Assembly (NCBI RefSeq): GCF_036321535.1
Contig: NC_087438.1
Coordinates: 11,162,001-11,226,000 of the forward strand
Reading direction: 5' to 3'
DNA from: Camelus dromedarius
Taxonomy: Eukaryota
DNA length: 64,000 nt
Part shown: piece after piece, positions 53,255 to 64,000 of the stretch
Position numbering within the stretch: the first letter of the stretch is position 1
How the letters are laid out: the number at the start of each line of letters is the position of its first letter
The notes under the pieces: generated by a model
Database searches by the model: none
Told to the model about the DNA's origin: nothing
What the model saw: the letters and a program-made list of their open reading frames with translations, nothing else
Made by a program: the position numbers and the translations under genes

Positions 53255-53418
53255 GGGAGGGTATAGCTCAGTGGTAGAGTCTTTGTTTAGCATGCACGAA
53301 GTCCTGGGTTCAAGCCCCAGTACCTTCAAAAAAACAATAAATAAATCAATAAATAAATCTATTTTCTGCCCCCTCCCCCAAATTTTTAAAACTTTTTTAA
53401 AAAAATTAAAAAAAAAAC
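53255..53418 (+). mobile_element. Camelid tRNA(Ala)-derived SINE (Vic-1 type)
   Basis: gggagggtatagctcagtggtagag...gtcctgggttcaagccccagtacc; A box 53264-53274, B box 53307-53316; followed by aataaataaa, a C-rich patch and an A-rich tail. Confidence 0.9.
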
Positions 53419-54775
53419 TGATCCTGAAATGCTCTGGCTTTGCGGCCAGAATCAGCCTGAAAGCCGTCATTTCAGACCTCCGGACCAGCAGTGTTCATAG
53501 CCCAGCGTGCGGTGCCGGTTAGAGCTGATACATGTATGTTCTCCCATGAAGCTCCTGAAAGATGTGAGAGATTATAGACTCACAGATTTCCCAACCCTTT
53601 TATTTACTTACTTTTTTAGCTTTTCTTGGATAATCTTTATTCTTGGCTCAGATTTTAAGTACTTTAGCACAAGCCCTGATGTTTGAGGCATCACCTTTAT
53701 TCTCTCTAAGTCTGTTTCTTTACTGAGGGCTTATGTCTTTGCTATCTAGCTAAAGTTCCAGCTGATCCACTTTGGGTCATAAGGCGGTTCCCTTAAGATG
53801 GTGGGCACAGGTTGTGATACACTTCGGTTTTAATCCAAAAGGGGATGGTGTTTTTTTACCTGATGGGAGTGTTCTGTTCTAAGGTCTCATGCATAACTTT
53901 CATGAGTCTTAATTTGGGGACTCTAAAGCCACCCCCCTTTCAAGGAATTGGCAGTCTACAGTGCTTTCTCCCTGATAAGGTATAAACTTTCTTGAAAGCC
54001 CATTGTATTTCTTGTGACAGTTTAAGTTCCTGATTTCCTGACACTGTAGGGGGTTGGAGTTCAAGTGTAGAAAGCTGGAAACTTTCCCTTTTTTCCCCAA
54101 CAAAATCTGCATTCCAACATCCTAAGCTTAATTCTTTCCAGTTGTGTTACTATTCTTTCTCTTCCATTCTGTTTTTTTCAGTTTTTCTCATCCACAGGGT
54201 GTTCTCTCTTGTATTTGGAAAGGATGGCTTTTGACCTTCATCTATTTAAAAGTCACGTCCAGCAGATTCAGTTGGATTAGGTTCCATCATGAAGAAGCTT
54301 CCTAGAAATAGTAAGCTGAGTTTGGGCTTCTTTCATGGAACAGGAAACAAAAGGGTGTGGCTTTAAGGGTGCATCTCAAAAACCCAACCTTCTCTTGAGC
54401 TGGGGTAAAATGAAGCAGTTTGTTCAAAGGCCAAATGGAGTTGGCTGATGAAGAATCAGCTTCTTTCAGCTGCTCTTTAATCATATTCAAGCTCAGAAAT
54501 TGAAGTCACTGACAACACCATTTATAGGTGTGATGGTTGTTTATATAGCTTGGGAATATATAAAGCCAGACAACCAGGGAATCCTAGAATTCTTAGAGCT
54601 ACAAAGGGCTTTGGCAATTTTCTGATCGAATACATTCATTTTACAAAGAAATACCCATGGCACAGAGAAATGAGGAGATTTGCTCAAGATTATACACCTA
54701 ATAAATTGTCAGGCAGGAGTGTAACACAGTATTGTTTTGGTGAAAGATGGTCCAATTAGGAGAAAGCGTAACCTT

Positions 54776-55433
54776 TGTTTATTTACTTATTTATTTCTTT
54801 GCTTTTCTCTAACTTACTGTTTTTTTAAATTGAAGTATAGTTGGTTTACAACGTTGCATCAGTCTGGCGTACAACATATTGTTTCAGTCATACATATCTT
54901 TGTTTTCATATTCTTTTTCATTATAGGTTATTACAAGATATTGAATATAGTTCCCTATGCTACACAGAAGAAATTTATTTATCTATATTTTATATATAAT
55001 AGTTAGTATCTGCAACTCTCAAACTCCCAATTTATCCCTTCCCACTCTTTTCCCCCGGTAACCATGTTTGTTTTCTATGCCTGTGAGTCTGTTTCTGTTT
55101 TGTAAATAAGTTCATTTGTGGGTGTTTTTTTGTTTTTGTTTTTTTAGATTCCACGTATGAGTGATATCATACGGTATTTTTCTTTCTCTTTCTGGCATAC
55201 TTCACTTAGAATGACATTCTCCAGGACCATTCATGTTGCTGCAAATGGCATTATTTTATTACTTTTATGGCTGAGTAGTATTCCGTTGTATAAATATACC
55301 ACAGCTTCTTTATCCAATCATCTGTCGATGGACATATATGTTGCTTCCACTTCTTGGCTGTTGTAAATACTGCTGCTATGAACATTGAGGTGCATGTATC
55401 TTTTCAAATTTGAGTTCCCTCCTGATATAGAAA
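54776..55433 (-). mobile_element. Camelid L1 3' end (ORF2 tail plus 3' UTR), 5'-truncated
   Basis: Antisense L1 sequence (tagattccacgtatgagtgatatcat, catgttgctgcaaatggcattatt); TSD aaagc(g/a)taacctt at 54763-54775 and 55434-55446; TT/AAGG site. Confidence 0.92.
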
Positions 55434-56149
55434 AAAGCATAACCTTAAAAAAAATCACTGTTGCCTTTGGAGCATGAAGCTGTTTGACTCTCTTTTGTCC
55501 ATCTGCTGTCTAGCTGCCTAGTTTGAGCTGGTTGCAGAACTGAGGAAGGCTTTCAGAAGAGTCTGAGAAAGATGACTGAGCCCCAATTGATTAGCACTTC
55601 CAGAGGGAGGAGACAGTCTGCCTCAAATGGTAACAGGGTCTCCACCTACTTGGGTAGGTTGGTTTCTAGAGATGGAAACACTACCTTAAAGTCAGCTCAT
55701 GATTATAAAATAATCTTTCAACAGATTCACATAACATTACTTTCTGAAATTGCTCATTTATTTAACTCGCTGATGGAAGTTCATTTTAAAATGTTTCATT
55801 TGAGCCCTGTGAAATGAGTTGATTTATGAAGAATTGTTGGTGATATTCTTTCCATGAACCCTAAAATCACCAGTTTATTTATACAGTCATGGGCTGTCAT
55901 TTTTTTTCAGCGCCCAAATTAGACCAATTCTAAATAGAGCTATTTTGAAAATGTCCAGACATCTGGCTTTACTTTTATTCTCTTTGTCTTCTTTATGTTA
56001 TCTTCTTTTTACTTCCCGAATATACTCGTCAAACAAAATTCACAGGAATCACTCAAGGAAGAGAAAGATGATGCTTTTAACTCAAGGTAGGTTCTGTTTC
56101 CCAAAAATTCTTTTCTGACTGTCCAAAAAATTCAACAAACATTGTTGGG

Positions 56150-56350
56150 ACACTAATTTCAGGTTCTTACTCGTCCTTTCATGAGCACTATTACATTCAA
56201 CTTTGTTTCATCTTCATACTTCTCTTGTGAAGTAAGCATAAATGTTTCCATTTGGCAGATGAAAACAGGGAGACTGGGGAAAAATTAGGGTGGCCCAAAG
56301 TCATGTTAAACTAGTAAGTGGCAAAGATGAGCTTTGAGCCCTGAGTTCTG
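56150..56350 (-). mobile_element. MIR SINE
   Basis: ccatttggcagatgaaaacagggagact...ctagtaagtggcaaagatgagctttgagcc. Confidence 0.65.
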
Positions 56351-57596
56351 TCTAAGATTTATACTTGTTTTGTAAAATTGCCGTGCAAAACTACTGAGAG
56401 TTTCATACGAATCATTGTTATAAGTTTATATCAGAATGTATTTTGAAAGTCCTTAAGAGAAATACCTTTTCAAATATCAACTCATAATCATGTCTAGATT
56501 GCTAGTTTTACACACAGAAACATGTATCGTCTTAGAAGTTGACTTCAAATCCTCATTTATGGAAAGCAAAAGTCAACACTCCAAGCTGCTTTTCTATTGC
56601 ACTGTTGAAGGTTTAGTTTCTCAGTTACTGTAACTGCCCTAAAAGACTGCACCAGAGTTAGGGTTTGAAATTGATATGTAAGTTAATCATGATACAGGGT
56701 CTCTAGTGTATGTAAGAGAAAAGTGCTGAGTAGTGGTATTGCTTGTTTTCCCTTTAAACCTGGGCCGTGGAATTATTCTTTAGCTGGAAATGCAGACAAG
56801 TGGTAGATCTCAATCTCAGACCATGTGCCTTGGAAGACTGGAAATGGACCCTGAAGCAGTCTATTACAGTTGAATGAAATTCTGTCTTTGACACAAGAGC
56901 AAATGGAGTGATAACACAAGAAGAGGAATATAAAGAACTAGAGAAAGAAAATGACACTGAAGAAATCCCCTTAAGAATAGTTATAAAATGACATTTATCC
57001 AAATTGGACAGTGGGGTGGGGGACCTTATGGAGAGGGAGAGGTTCCAAAATCAGAAACGGCTTTTAGCTTTTACTCAGTGTATGAGGAAGGTGATAATTG
57101 ATTAGTATAGAGGTTTGTTTTGCCTCTAAAAATTAAATTTTAAACTTCATCTCTGAAAACTTCAGGATCATTTAAGAATGCTTTGCAAGGCTTTAGCTTT
57201 TGAAGCTTAACGTGTTTTGGTAATTAAATTAGCAACTTACTGCTTCCTGATCAAGTTTCCTTTATTATTGAAGCTACTGCTTAATTGTAAGTTAGGTGAC
57301 TTTTGAAAAACTGCACCAATTACCTCTGGCGATTTGAGCATTTTATAGGTTCAATGTGCCCAATTTAATAAAGAAGTCGAATTTGAGTCTGAGGATTAGC
57401 TTAAGCAGAGAAAAGCTCATCAACTCAGTATCCACAAAATGGTTATGTAAGCCCAGAAATGTACACTGAAGTCATAAATACCATCCCAGACTCGAGAACT
57501 CAAGACTCAAGTTTAATTTCTTGAGGGAATTATCTTCCCAAATGAATTACCCAAAATGGCAAAAATGTCATTTAATAGTCTCAGAAGGAAATTAGG

Positions 57597-57600
<4 letters not shown>

Positions 57601-57656
<56 letters not shown>

Positions 57657-57685
57657 TGTATGTATGTGTGTATGTGTATGTGTGT
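57601..57685. repeat. (TG)24 plus (TG/TA) microsatellite
   Basis: Uninterrupted purine-pyrimidine alternation over 85 nt. Confidence 0.97.
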
Positions 57686-60600
57686 TTAAGAATATCTTAA
57701 AGTAATACTTAACTGAGGCATCCAGAGTCTCTCAGTGCCTTTATGTAGAGTTGGGAGGGAGAAAATGTTAGATCTTCGATATTCTAATCCCACGTATCAA
57801 ATTATTCTATGCTTATTTCCCTCACCTATGTTTTGTCATTTGTAAAAAAAAAATACTTAATAAATAATTAGTACATTTCAGCTAATGGTTTATCTAAGTA
57901 CAACTAAATGTATTTGTAATGGAGGCTTGGATCATTCTGAAGATATCTTATCAGTAATTTAACCAAATGGGAATTTTTATTAAAGGATGTCATTAATCTA
58001 GGTTAAATACACTTGTTTAGGCACTGTATAAAATGGGGCTACGAAATGTATGCTAGTCACAAACTGGTAGCACAGAGAATGAGCCCTACTCTTCTACCTG
58101 AAGAATTTTCAGAACTGACTTTGGGTTTAATTTAATGGATTGAAGTGGCCCATCCAGCCTGCCCCTCTCGAGTCTCCCTCATCCTCTAATGCCGTAAACC
58201 GTCATCCTTCGCGATATTGCTGTTAGCTGTTTAGCTCCCTGAAGAATCTGATTTTATGACAGGATCTGGTGCTTCCAGAACCTTGGCAATTACTGGGGGA
58301 AATAAACACTTGTGAAACAGTTAAATAGTAATTTGGGATGGTGTGGGATTGTGTCCCAGCTAGTGGTTTGAAGAGGTGCTATAGCTGGAGGAGTTGGGGA
58401 AAGCATCGTGGTAGCCTGGGGCTTGGCTTTTGCTGTGTGGTAGAAGGTGGAGGGTGGAGAGGAGGATACAGCATGGCGCCTAAGACTGCGAAGAGTTTGG
58501 AAAAATCCATTTGGACTCACTTGGGGAAAAGTGAAGTCTTCTAAACAGACCCTCCTCTGGCAACATTGAATAGGGTCGAAAAGTGCCTTAAAGACATCCA
58601 GTCTTTCACTAAAACGATTAGTTATGGAGGGGCCACACATTCCTTGTGCAAGGGTTTCCATGGATCCCATATAATTGAAGTTGTCAGGGACAAATAGGCT
58701 ATCATTCCATAACACTGTGTACCCACCAACTTTCTTTGCGTTATTTGGAAGGTTTTACACTAAAGGACCAATTTCTGAGCTCATCTAAGGCAAAGAAGGA
58801 ACATGGAGGAGGTTGGGAACCAACATTTTAGGACAAACATCTTGATACTGGGAAGGTTTGCTCGTTAGAGTCACGGACAGAGTCCGACCTTAAAAATCAG
58901 GTTAGCATGTCTGTTTATTCCTCTTTGACTGGGAAATAACTTCCTGAGGATAAACTAACTTCCTCAGGAAGTCCCTGACTTCTCAAGGCTGTTAGACTGA
59001 TTAACAAATAATGAGAGAAAAGCACTTGAGTTTTAAAGGACATTCCTTTACATCCTATATATTCCTGAAAAACATAGAAAATCCACATTATGGAGGGAAT
59101 AATATACAAGTAATTTAGAAATTATTTGTGACCATTAAGATATGATTGAAGAATTGTTATAAAGAATGCAGTCTGTGGAAAGCACATAGTAACACAGTGA
59201 ATAATTTTAAATATAACTAGGAAACTTCCTGCTGTTTATAACTGTGTCTGCCTTCCCAGGTGGGGTAGGCCCCTGGTTCGCTGAAGGGCTTTTGTTCTTC
59301 CAAATAACTGCATGTGTTTGAGTATGTGAGTTTCCTGATGTAGGGTTTAAAAAACTAGGTTTCTCTGTGCAGTAGAGAGATGCTGGGCTTCAAAGGAAGG
59401 AGACACAGAGGGAACCCAGAAGAGTGAAGAGGGAGATGGTGGAAAGCAGTGAGAGTGGAGCTGGTGAGATAGTCCAACAGCTGTGAGGTAGGGATGCCCA
59501 AAGTGATGCCTTCCTGGGTCCCTGAAGTCAGTCTTTACCAAACTCACCAAATGCGTGGAGGGAGTGGATTTCCTATAGAAATCAGCCAAGGGCTGACTTT
59601 TGAGACTGTTCACTTGCTTTCTTTGTAGTCACCTGACTTACACAGATGTAACTAAAGCTGACTTCTGAAGAATCCATCAATTAACACTCCTTGATTATTA
59701 CACTGAGCACAAATTTATGTTTATCTTCTGTTGTATATAAAAGTGTTCTTTATGACTTGTTCTAACTTAGCAATTTATATTACCTTTTCTCTTTTGAATC
59801 TAATTATGGACTCACTTTGTTCTGATTATTAATAAGTATTATTCTCTTTTTGATGCTTGGCTTTTCACAACTTCTTCTGTGCAACACCTTTAGGCAGCTC
59901 CTTTGTCATTCTAGCACGTCCTTCCTGCTATGAAACCATCCTTGCTTTCTGGCCACAAAAGAATGTTCCTGATCCACTCTATTTTCTTTTTTCTGCCTAA
60001 GACACAGACTAAGTCATGTGCCTAAAGAGTCTGGGCCATTTTAGTGGAGAAAGATGTTCAAGACATAAATCTGGGAATCAAGCAAAGGGTTCCTGATGCT
60101 GTGGGCTCACTTTTAGGAAAATGAGAGCAGGAGTAAAAGTATTTTTTGAGGTAACAGTACACACTGATTTTACCGAATTATAACATTGTATATTATAAAC
60201 TCTTGCACATTACATATATTCTTATAGTATGAAATTTCATTTGCTAGTAAGATTTTTCTATTACTCAGCAACCAAACTTATCACTTCTGTTGGGCCTTCC
60301 CCATTGGTTCTCCAAATAATGTACTCAGATGTTCATTCTCGGTAGCAGTGACAAGTGATGAGCTCCAGTTCAATCAAGATATCAACTGCGTAAGAATTTT
60401 GTATGTGCTTCAGTTCATACCTCCACATGTCATGTCCACACTAGCTTGAACTTCTTTGAGGAAAGAACAGTGTTTTCTCCAGCTTTGTATATCCCATGGC
60501 TACCATAGTACTTAACATATAATAAACATTTGATAAGTGTTTATTGGAAGGATGAATAGGTCGCTGTTGAAGATTTTAAGAAGGAATGGCCCTCTTGATT

Positions 60601-62049
60601 AACTTTCCAACTATCGTCATAAAGACTAAGACCACAAAAGCTTTGCAAAACCAATGTAATATTTGAGAAGAGTAGTTACTTTTTAGGAAAAAGAATAATG
60701 CTGTTGCTTAGGGAAACTTGAGGCATATCATGGGAATATTGGCCATAGGTTTGTTGTTAGTTTCCTTTTGTGTTAAAGGAGCAACACCTTTTAAAAGTAG
60801 AATAGACATATTGGCAGGAACATGGAAGAGAAGGTATTTCTAGTTTCTATGTTTTCATACGTTTTAACATTTTTAAACCAAAAGGTTGTTAAGTTGTCTA
60901 AATACGAGCTCTGTAAATAACCAGTTTCTCTCAGAAACTTTTTTACATTTTAGATCAGCAAATGAAATAAACTTAGAAATCTAGAATTCTAGGGCTATTC
61001 AGCAACCCTCCCTATCAATTTTAAGGGAAGAGGAAGATATGTTCTTTCCTGTCCACCAGTTTAATTTTATTAAATCCCTTTTTAATCTCTTTTAACCTCA
61101 ATACAGTGAATTATTTCAATTCTTTATTCACTGACATCTCAAAGTACCAAATTAGGTCATGTGGTTCTTTAACTGGTGGAATTGGAGAAGTAAGTTTCAT
61201 TTTATTGGCACAAAATATGGCTGAATTGGCCAGTATAAATGTGCTCATATTTTGGGGGATTCATGGACTTGTTATGAAGAAAATGTTAGAAAAACCATTC
61301 CTAAAAAATAAAATAATATTGTTCTTTCCTTTCTTCTCCCCAAAGAATTATCCTGGAACCAGCCTTGACCTCAGATTCTCTTTTGCAAACTGTGTTCTGT
61401 TTCTTGGATACTAAGAAACTACAGAGTTCATGTGTTTTGTTTACCTGGATTGGAACTGATCAGGACGGAGATTGGGAGGTGAATTCATCCAATCACAGCG
61501 CTTTACAGAAAGCTGAGTTCTGGTTAATGGATGCAGTTGGTAAATGAAGTTGGGGGTTGAACTTTTCATTTAATCTGAATGAAAGGGGAAAAAACAACAA
61601 AAAAAATTGTATGATTTTGTAACTCCCCATGTATGTGTGACACAAGTTACTTAGCTTTAATTTACTTCTCTGTAAACCAGGAATCATACTAGTGTCCACT
61701 TTATGTGTTAGTTATGAGGATTACGTTTAAAAATTATATACAGTGTGAGTCCCTGTGCATATTAGCTGGTTTAGTTTCATCAGCTTGATCACAGCCCCTT
61801 TATGTAAGTTCCATCTCCTGCCTTGTTCTGGGACTTTGTATGGAAAAGTCTCCCCTAAATGAATTCGACATAATTCTTCTGGAAATCCCAATAAGATTCG
61901 AATTTTGAAACTTGACCAAATTGTACTTTCTTTACCTAGAAGAATAAATCCAACATCTCTAAGTACCTACCATTTGTGGACAATGAAGTCACTTCAGTTA
62001 CATCTGTATAACAGTATGGATGTTGAATTACTTATGTATGTTGAACTCA

Positions 62050-63380
62050 TTTGTTAAATGAAATACATGTACATATGAGGATATCCCGGAAAAAATTGGA
62101 AACGTGTAATGAAAGTAACATTTCCTTAGTGTCATGAAAATATATTATACATTTGCAGATATTTAAGAAGTGTGGTATGGTAGAGCCTGGTGTAATGGAA
62201 CGGAGAGCTCAAGGGAGATTTAGTTCTATATGGCAATTTAGGGTCTGATAAAGATGGCATTAGAAATGGATAAGGACGCTAAGCCTTGTCAATACCTCCC
62301 AACAGGAATATCAACTTCTCATTTTTTAAAAAAAGAACATGGAGGACCTCACGTGTTCCTGATGCCAAAATATGCTTTTGATGGATGAAAGATTTAAATG
62401 TTCAAATTATATATAGATACATTGTTTTATGATCTTGAGGTAGAAGAACCTTTCCAATCATAGAAACAGAAGTTGTCATGAAGCTGAAGACTACCAGTGG
62501 GTGCCTGGGGTACTGCCTGCTGTATAGGGTAGAGAAATATCTTTATATTGTTAAAAATATCTCTCTTTCCAGTTCAACACAAGTTTCTTTTTTATTGCTC
62601 GACTTCTCAGTCCTTTTGATGTATTAGTCTTTGTTGTTAATCTTCACGTAGTATATTTTATTTCTCAAATGCCTTTTATCATACCTTGCAATCAGAAGTG
62701 CTGATGTATGTGAATCAAGAGCCTTAAAATATGTTTTCATGCTTCGACCTAGGAATTTCACACTAGGAAATCTCCTTACAAATCTAAGTTTTATTTGTAG
62801 ATATATGCTTCTTAACTTTTATAATATAAAAATGTTGGTGAAATATTTTATTGAGACATCTGTACGTCAACTTCCTGTTTAGCTCTTGAAAACATGTTAG
62901 CAAACAACATTTAATGTTGTGGGAAAATATTTATGAAAAATGAAGATTATGAAGCAGCATTTCTTTTTTTAAAAAAAGTTCTTATTTTTAATTGAAGTGT
63001 AGTCAATTTACAGCGTTAGTTTCAGGTGTACAGCAAAGAGATTCAGTTATACATACATACATATATATTTTTTCAGTTTGTTTTCCATTATGGCTCATTG
63101 CAAGAAATTGAATATAGTTCCCTGTGCTATACTGTGGGTCTTTGTTGTTTTTCTGTTTTATGTATTGTAATGTGAATCTTTTAATCCCAAACTCCTAATC
63201 TATCCCTCCCTCCCTCTTTTCTGAAACTACAGTTTGTTTTCTGTGTCTGTGAATCTCTTATGAAGGAGCACTTCTTATGTGACCCCAGTTGTGCATAGGA
63301 TTATATTTAAGGGGAAAAAGACTGAGGGGATATATTTCAAGCTGATATCAACGGTTATCACTGGGTCTTGGAATTGCAGA
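62050..63380 (+). mobile_element. Old L1ME fragments hosting a younger L1
   Basis: gaagtgtggtatgg, gatggatgaaagatttaaatg, ttcgacctaggaatttcacactaggaaat; very degenerate. Confidence 0.55.
62966..63257 (-). mobile_element. Artiodactyl/camelid L1 3' UTR, 5'-truncated
   Basis: attgaagtgtagtcaatttaca...ttgaatatagttccctgtgctata; 19-bp TSD with 2 mismatches at 62947-62965 and 63258-63276. Confidence 0.88.
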
Positions 63381-63387
63381 TTGCGTG

Positions 63388-63483
63388 CTGTGTCATTTTA
63401 TGTGAGGGACTTGAGAATCCATAATTTTTGTTATATGTGGAGGCTCCTGGAACCCATCTCCTGCAAATACCAAGGCATGACTG
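63388..63483 (+). mobile_element. MER2-like (Tigger) terminal fragment
   Basis: cattttatgtgagggacttgagaatcc...cctggaacccatctcctgcaaataccaaggcatgactg followed by TA. Confidence 0.8.
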
Positions 63484-64000
63484 TAGTTTTCTTTTTCGTA
63501 TTTTCCAGTATTGTCCAACTTTCCATGTTAAAGAGGCAATTTATAAAAAATTCACTGCTTCTTTTTTTAAGGGTGAAAATGACTCTTTGACCAGTTTATT
63601 TTGGAATTTTGTTGAATGTGACATGACTAAATATTCAGTTCTTTCATTTTTTTTTTCACTGTTGGTTAAGATTTTTGGTAAAGCGTGGTTGTTAAGGGTC
63701 AACCTTGCTATTTTTCATCCTTGATACTCAAATATGCGTTCAGCACCCGTCTATGCAGCCATCATTTACTTTCACTTTTTAAATAGTCAGTTTTAAAACT
63801 TTTTTATTCTTAAAATTTTTTTTCCATTAGTTGAACACAATTCTAACACAATTTGTCTTCTTTATGTGTATTTACAATCTAAGGTTCCAATACATTACAT
63901 ATATTCTACTTTATTCTGTATTCATTTACATTGAATATTTACTGAATGCCAAGTATTATGCATGCAGAATTCCTTGATGAGCCAAATAGACCTGACCTTC

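Larger units (their letters stand above)
49986..64000 (+). other. FBXL7: FBXL7 intron downstream of exon 2 (5' part of intron 2)
   Basis: Begins gtaggc; the next coding exon (DSDLSMRTLSTPSP...) is not seen in the window. Confidence 0.85.

Noticed and set aside
53255..53327. tRNA-Ala-like sequence with A and B boxes
   Set aside because: Head of a camelid SINE with an A-rich tail and a disrupted anticodon stem; not a functional tRNA gene.
1..64000. Novel multi-gene system, CRISPR array, rRNA or operon
   Set aside because: The window is mammalian intronic DNA with one small exon; no repeat-spacer arrays, intact transposase/RT ORFs or structured RNA genes were seen.

Overview
Mammalian genomic DNA, almost certainly a camelid (camel/alpaca/llama), judged from a tRNA-derived Vic-1-type SINE and camelid-type L1 3' ends. 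The window lies inside the large FBXL7 gene on the + strand. The only securely identified coding sequence is the 90-nt exon at 49896-49985 (GKGSSSISSDVSSSTDHTPTQAQKNVATSE, FBXL7 exon 2); the rest is the flanking introns. The introns are full of transposon relics (L2, MIR, old and young L1, MLT1/MLT2/MER41-like LTRs, hAT and Tc1/mariner MITEs) and microsatellites. The supplied ORFs are noise or repeat-derived, apart from one L1 ORF2 fragment; the real exon is not among them. I see no evidence of a novel multi-gene system. The most interesting observations are: (1) a 517-bp TSD-flanked retrocopy of mostly non-TE sequence inserted in an L2; (2) a poly(A)-tailed, TSD-flanked LTR-like retrocopy; (3) a twin-primed inverted L1; (4) three candidate cryptic FBXL7 exons (in-frame cassette, alternative start, poison); (5) a ~600-nt polypyrimidine tract; (6) a compact AP-1/CRE/E-box cluster. 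Repeat subfamily names are from recalled consensus sequences and boundaries of old repeats are approximate.
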